From the NCBI GenBank assembly GCA_902770735.1, contig CACXUB010000005.1:5639-69638 (forward strand): 64,000 bases of DNA, given 5' to 3'. Every line of letters starts with the position of its first letter. Position 1 is the first letter of the stretch. Origin of the DNA: an uncultured Bacteroidota bacterium (GTDB lineage: Bacteria > Bacteroidota > Bacteroidia > Bacteroidales > WCHB1-69). The position numbers and the translations under genes are program-made. This document shows positions 63,876-64,000 of this stretch, one piece after another. The notes beneath the pieces are model-generated. The model ran no database searches, had not been told where the DNA came from, and saw only the letters and a program-made list of their open reading frames with translations.

Positions 63876-64000
63876 CGCTTTTTTTCAGCAAATAGCAAGG
63901 TTGTGGAATTTTTCCATCCTCTCTTTATACTTTAGGCGATAAATTATCCCGAAAATGCGCTACCGAAACTGTTCAGTTAACTATACGATATGAGAATTTA

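Overview
This 64-kb window looks like a chromosomal segment of a Bacteroidota (Bacteroidales-like) genome. Evidence for the phylum: about 25 exact TAnnTTTG -7 promoter boxes, four proteins with T9SS C-terminal sorting domains, and no Shine-Dalgarno sequences. I call about 55 protein genes. I recognised no rRNA, tRNA, CRISPR array, transposase or integrase.

Most genes are housekeeping: hydG plus a TM1266-type regulator, valS, rpe, trmO, trkHA, mutS2, sufS, tilS, folP, rho, queD, holA, sodB and hsp20. There are also transporters, peptidases (S8, M16), a chagasin-type inhibitor, a GH3 hydrolase, and GT2/GT9 glycosyltransferases.

The ORF track contains many long antisense shadow ORFs, and several N-termini that run through promoter boxes. 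I corrected about 12 start codons on that basis.

The best candidate for an undescribed system is the accessory block at about 28.7-36.4 kb:
- An AAA+/wHTH ATPase sits in an apparent operon with a transmembrane non-RD Ser/Thr kinase that has a lectin-like ectodomain.
- Divergently transcribed from it is an AT-rich pair: a 1006-aa secreted protein with a Fibrobacter-type (FISH) lectin-like domain, and a tail-anchored coiled-coil protein.
- A promoter-equipped, G·U-containing structured-RNA candidate lies between the two arms.
- A gene-remnant-like stretch marks the right border.

Other notable signals:
- Period-7, stop-rich tandem spacers directly 3' of stop codons at 12 or more loci.
- A dispersed composite hairpin repeat family.
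- A C7/G6-7 tandem repeat between the hydrogenase regulator and hydG.
- A perfect sigma-54 promoter with upstream palindromes in front of hsp20.
- LytTR-style 21-bp-phased repeats upstream of an orphan LytTR regulator.
- An ABC ATPase lacking the signature and Walker B motifs.
- A possible HEPN(RNxxxH)-CBS fusion.
- A 20-aa DRWG-repeat protein.
- A Rho with an AT-hook-rich disordered N-terminal region.
- An orphan CdiI-like immunity gene at the right edge.

All coordinates of small motifs were hand-counted. All homology statements rest on motif recognition, not database searches.
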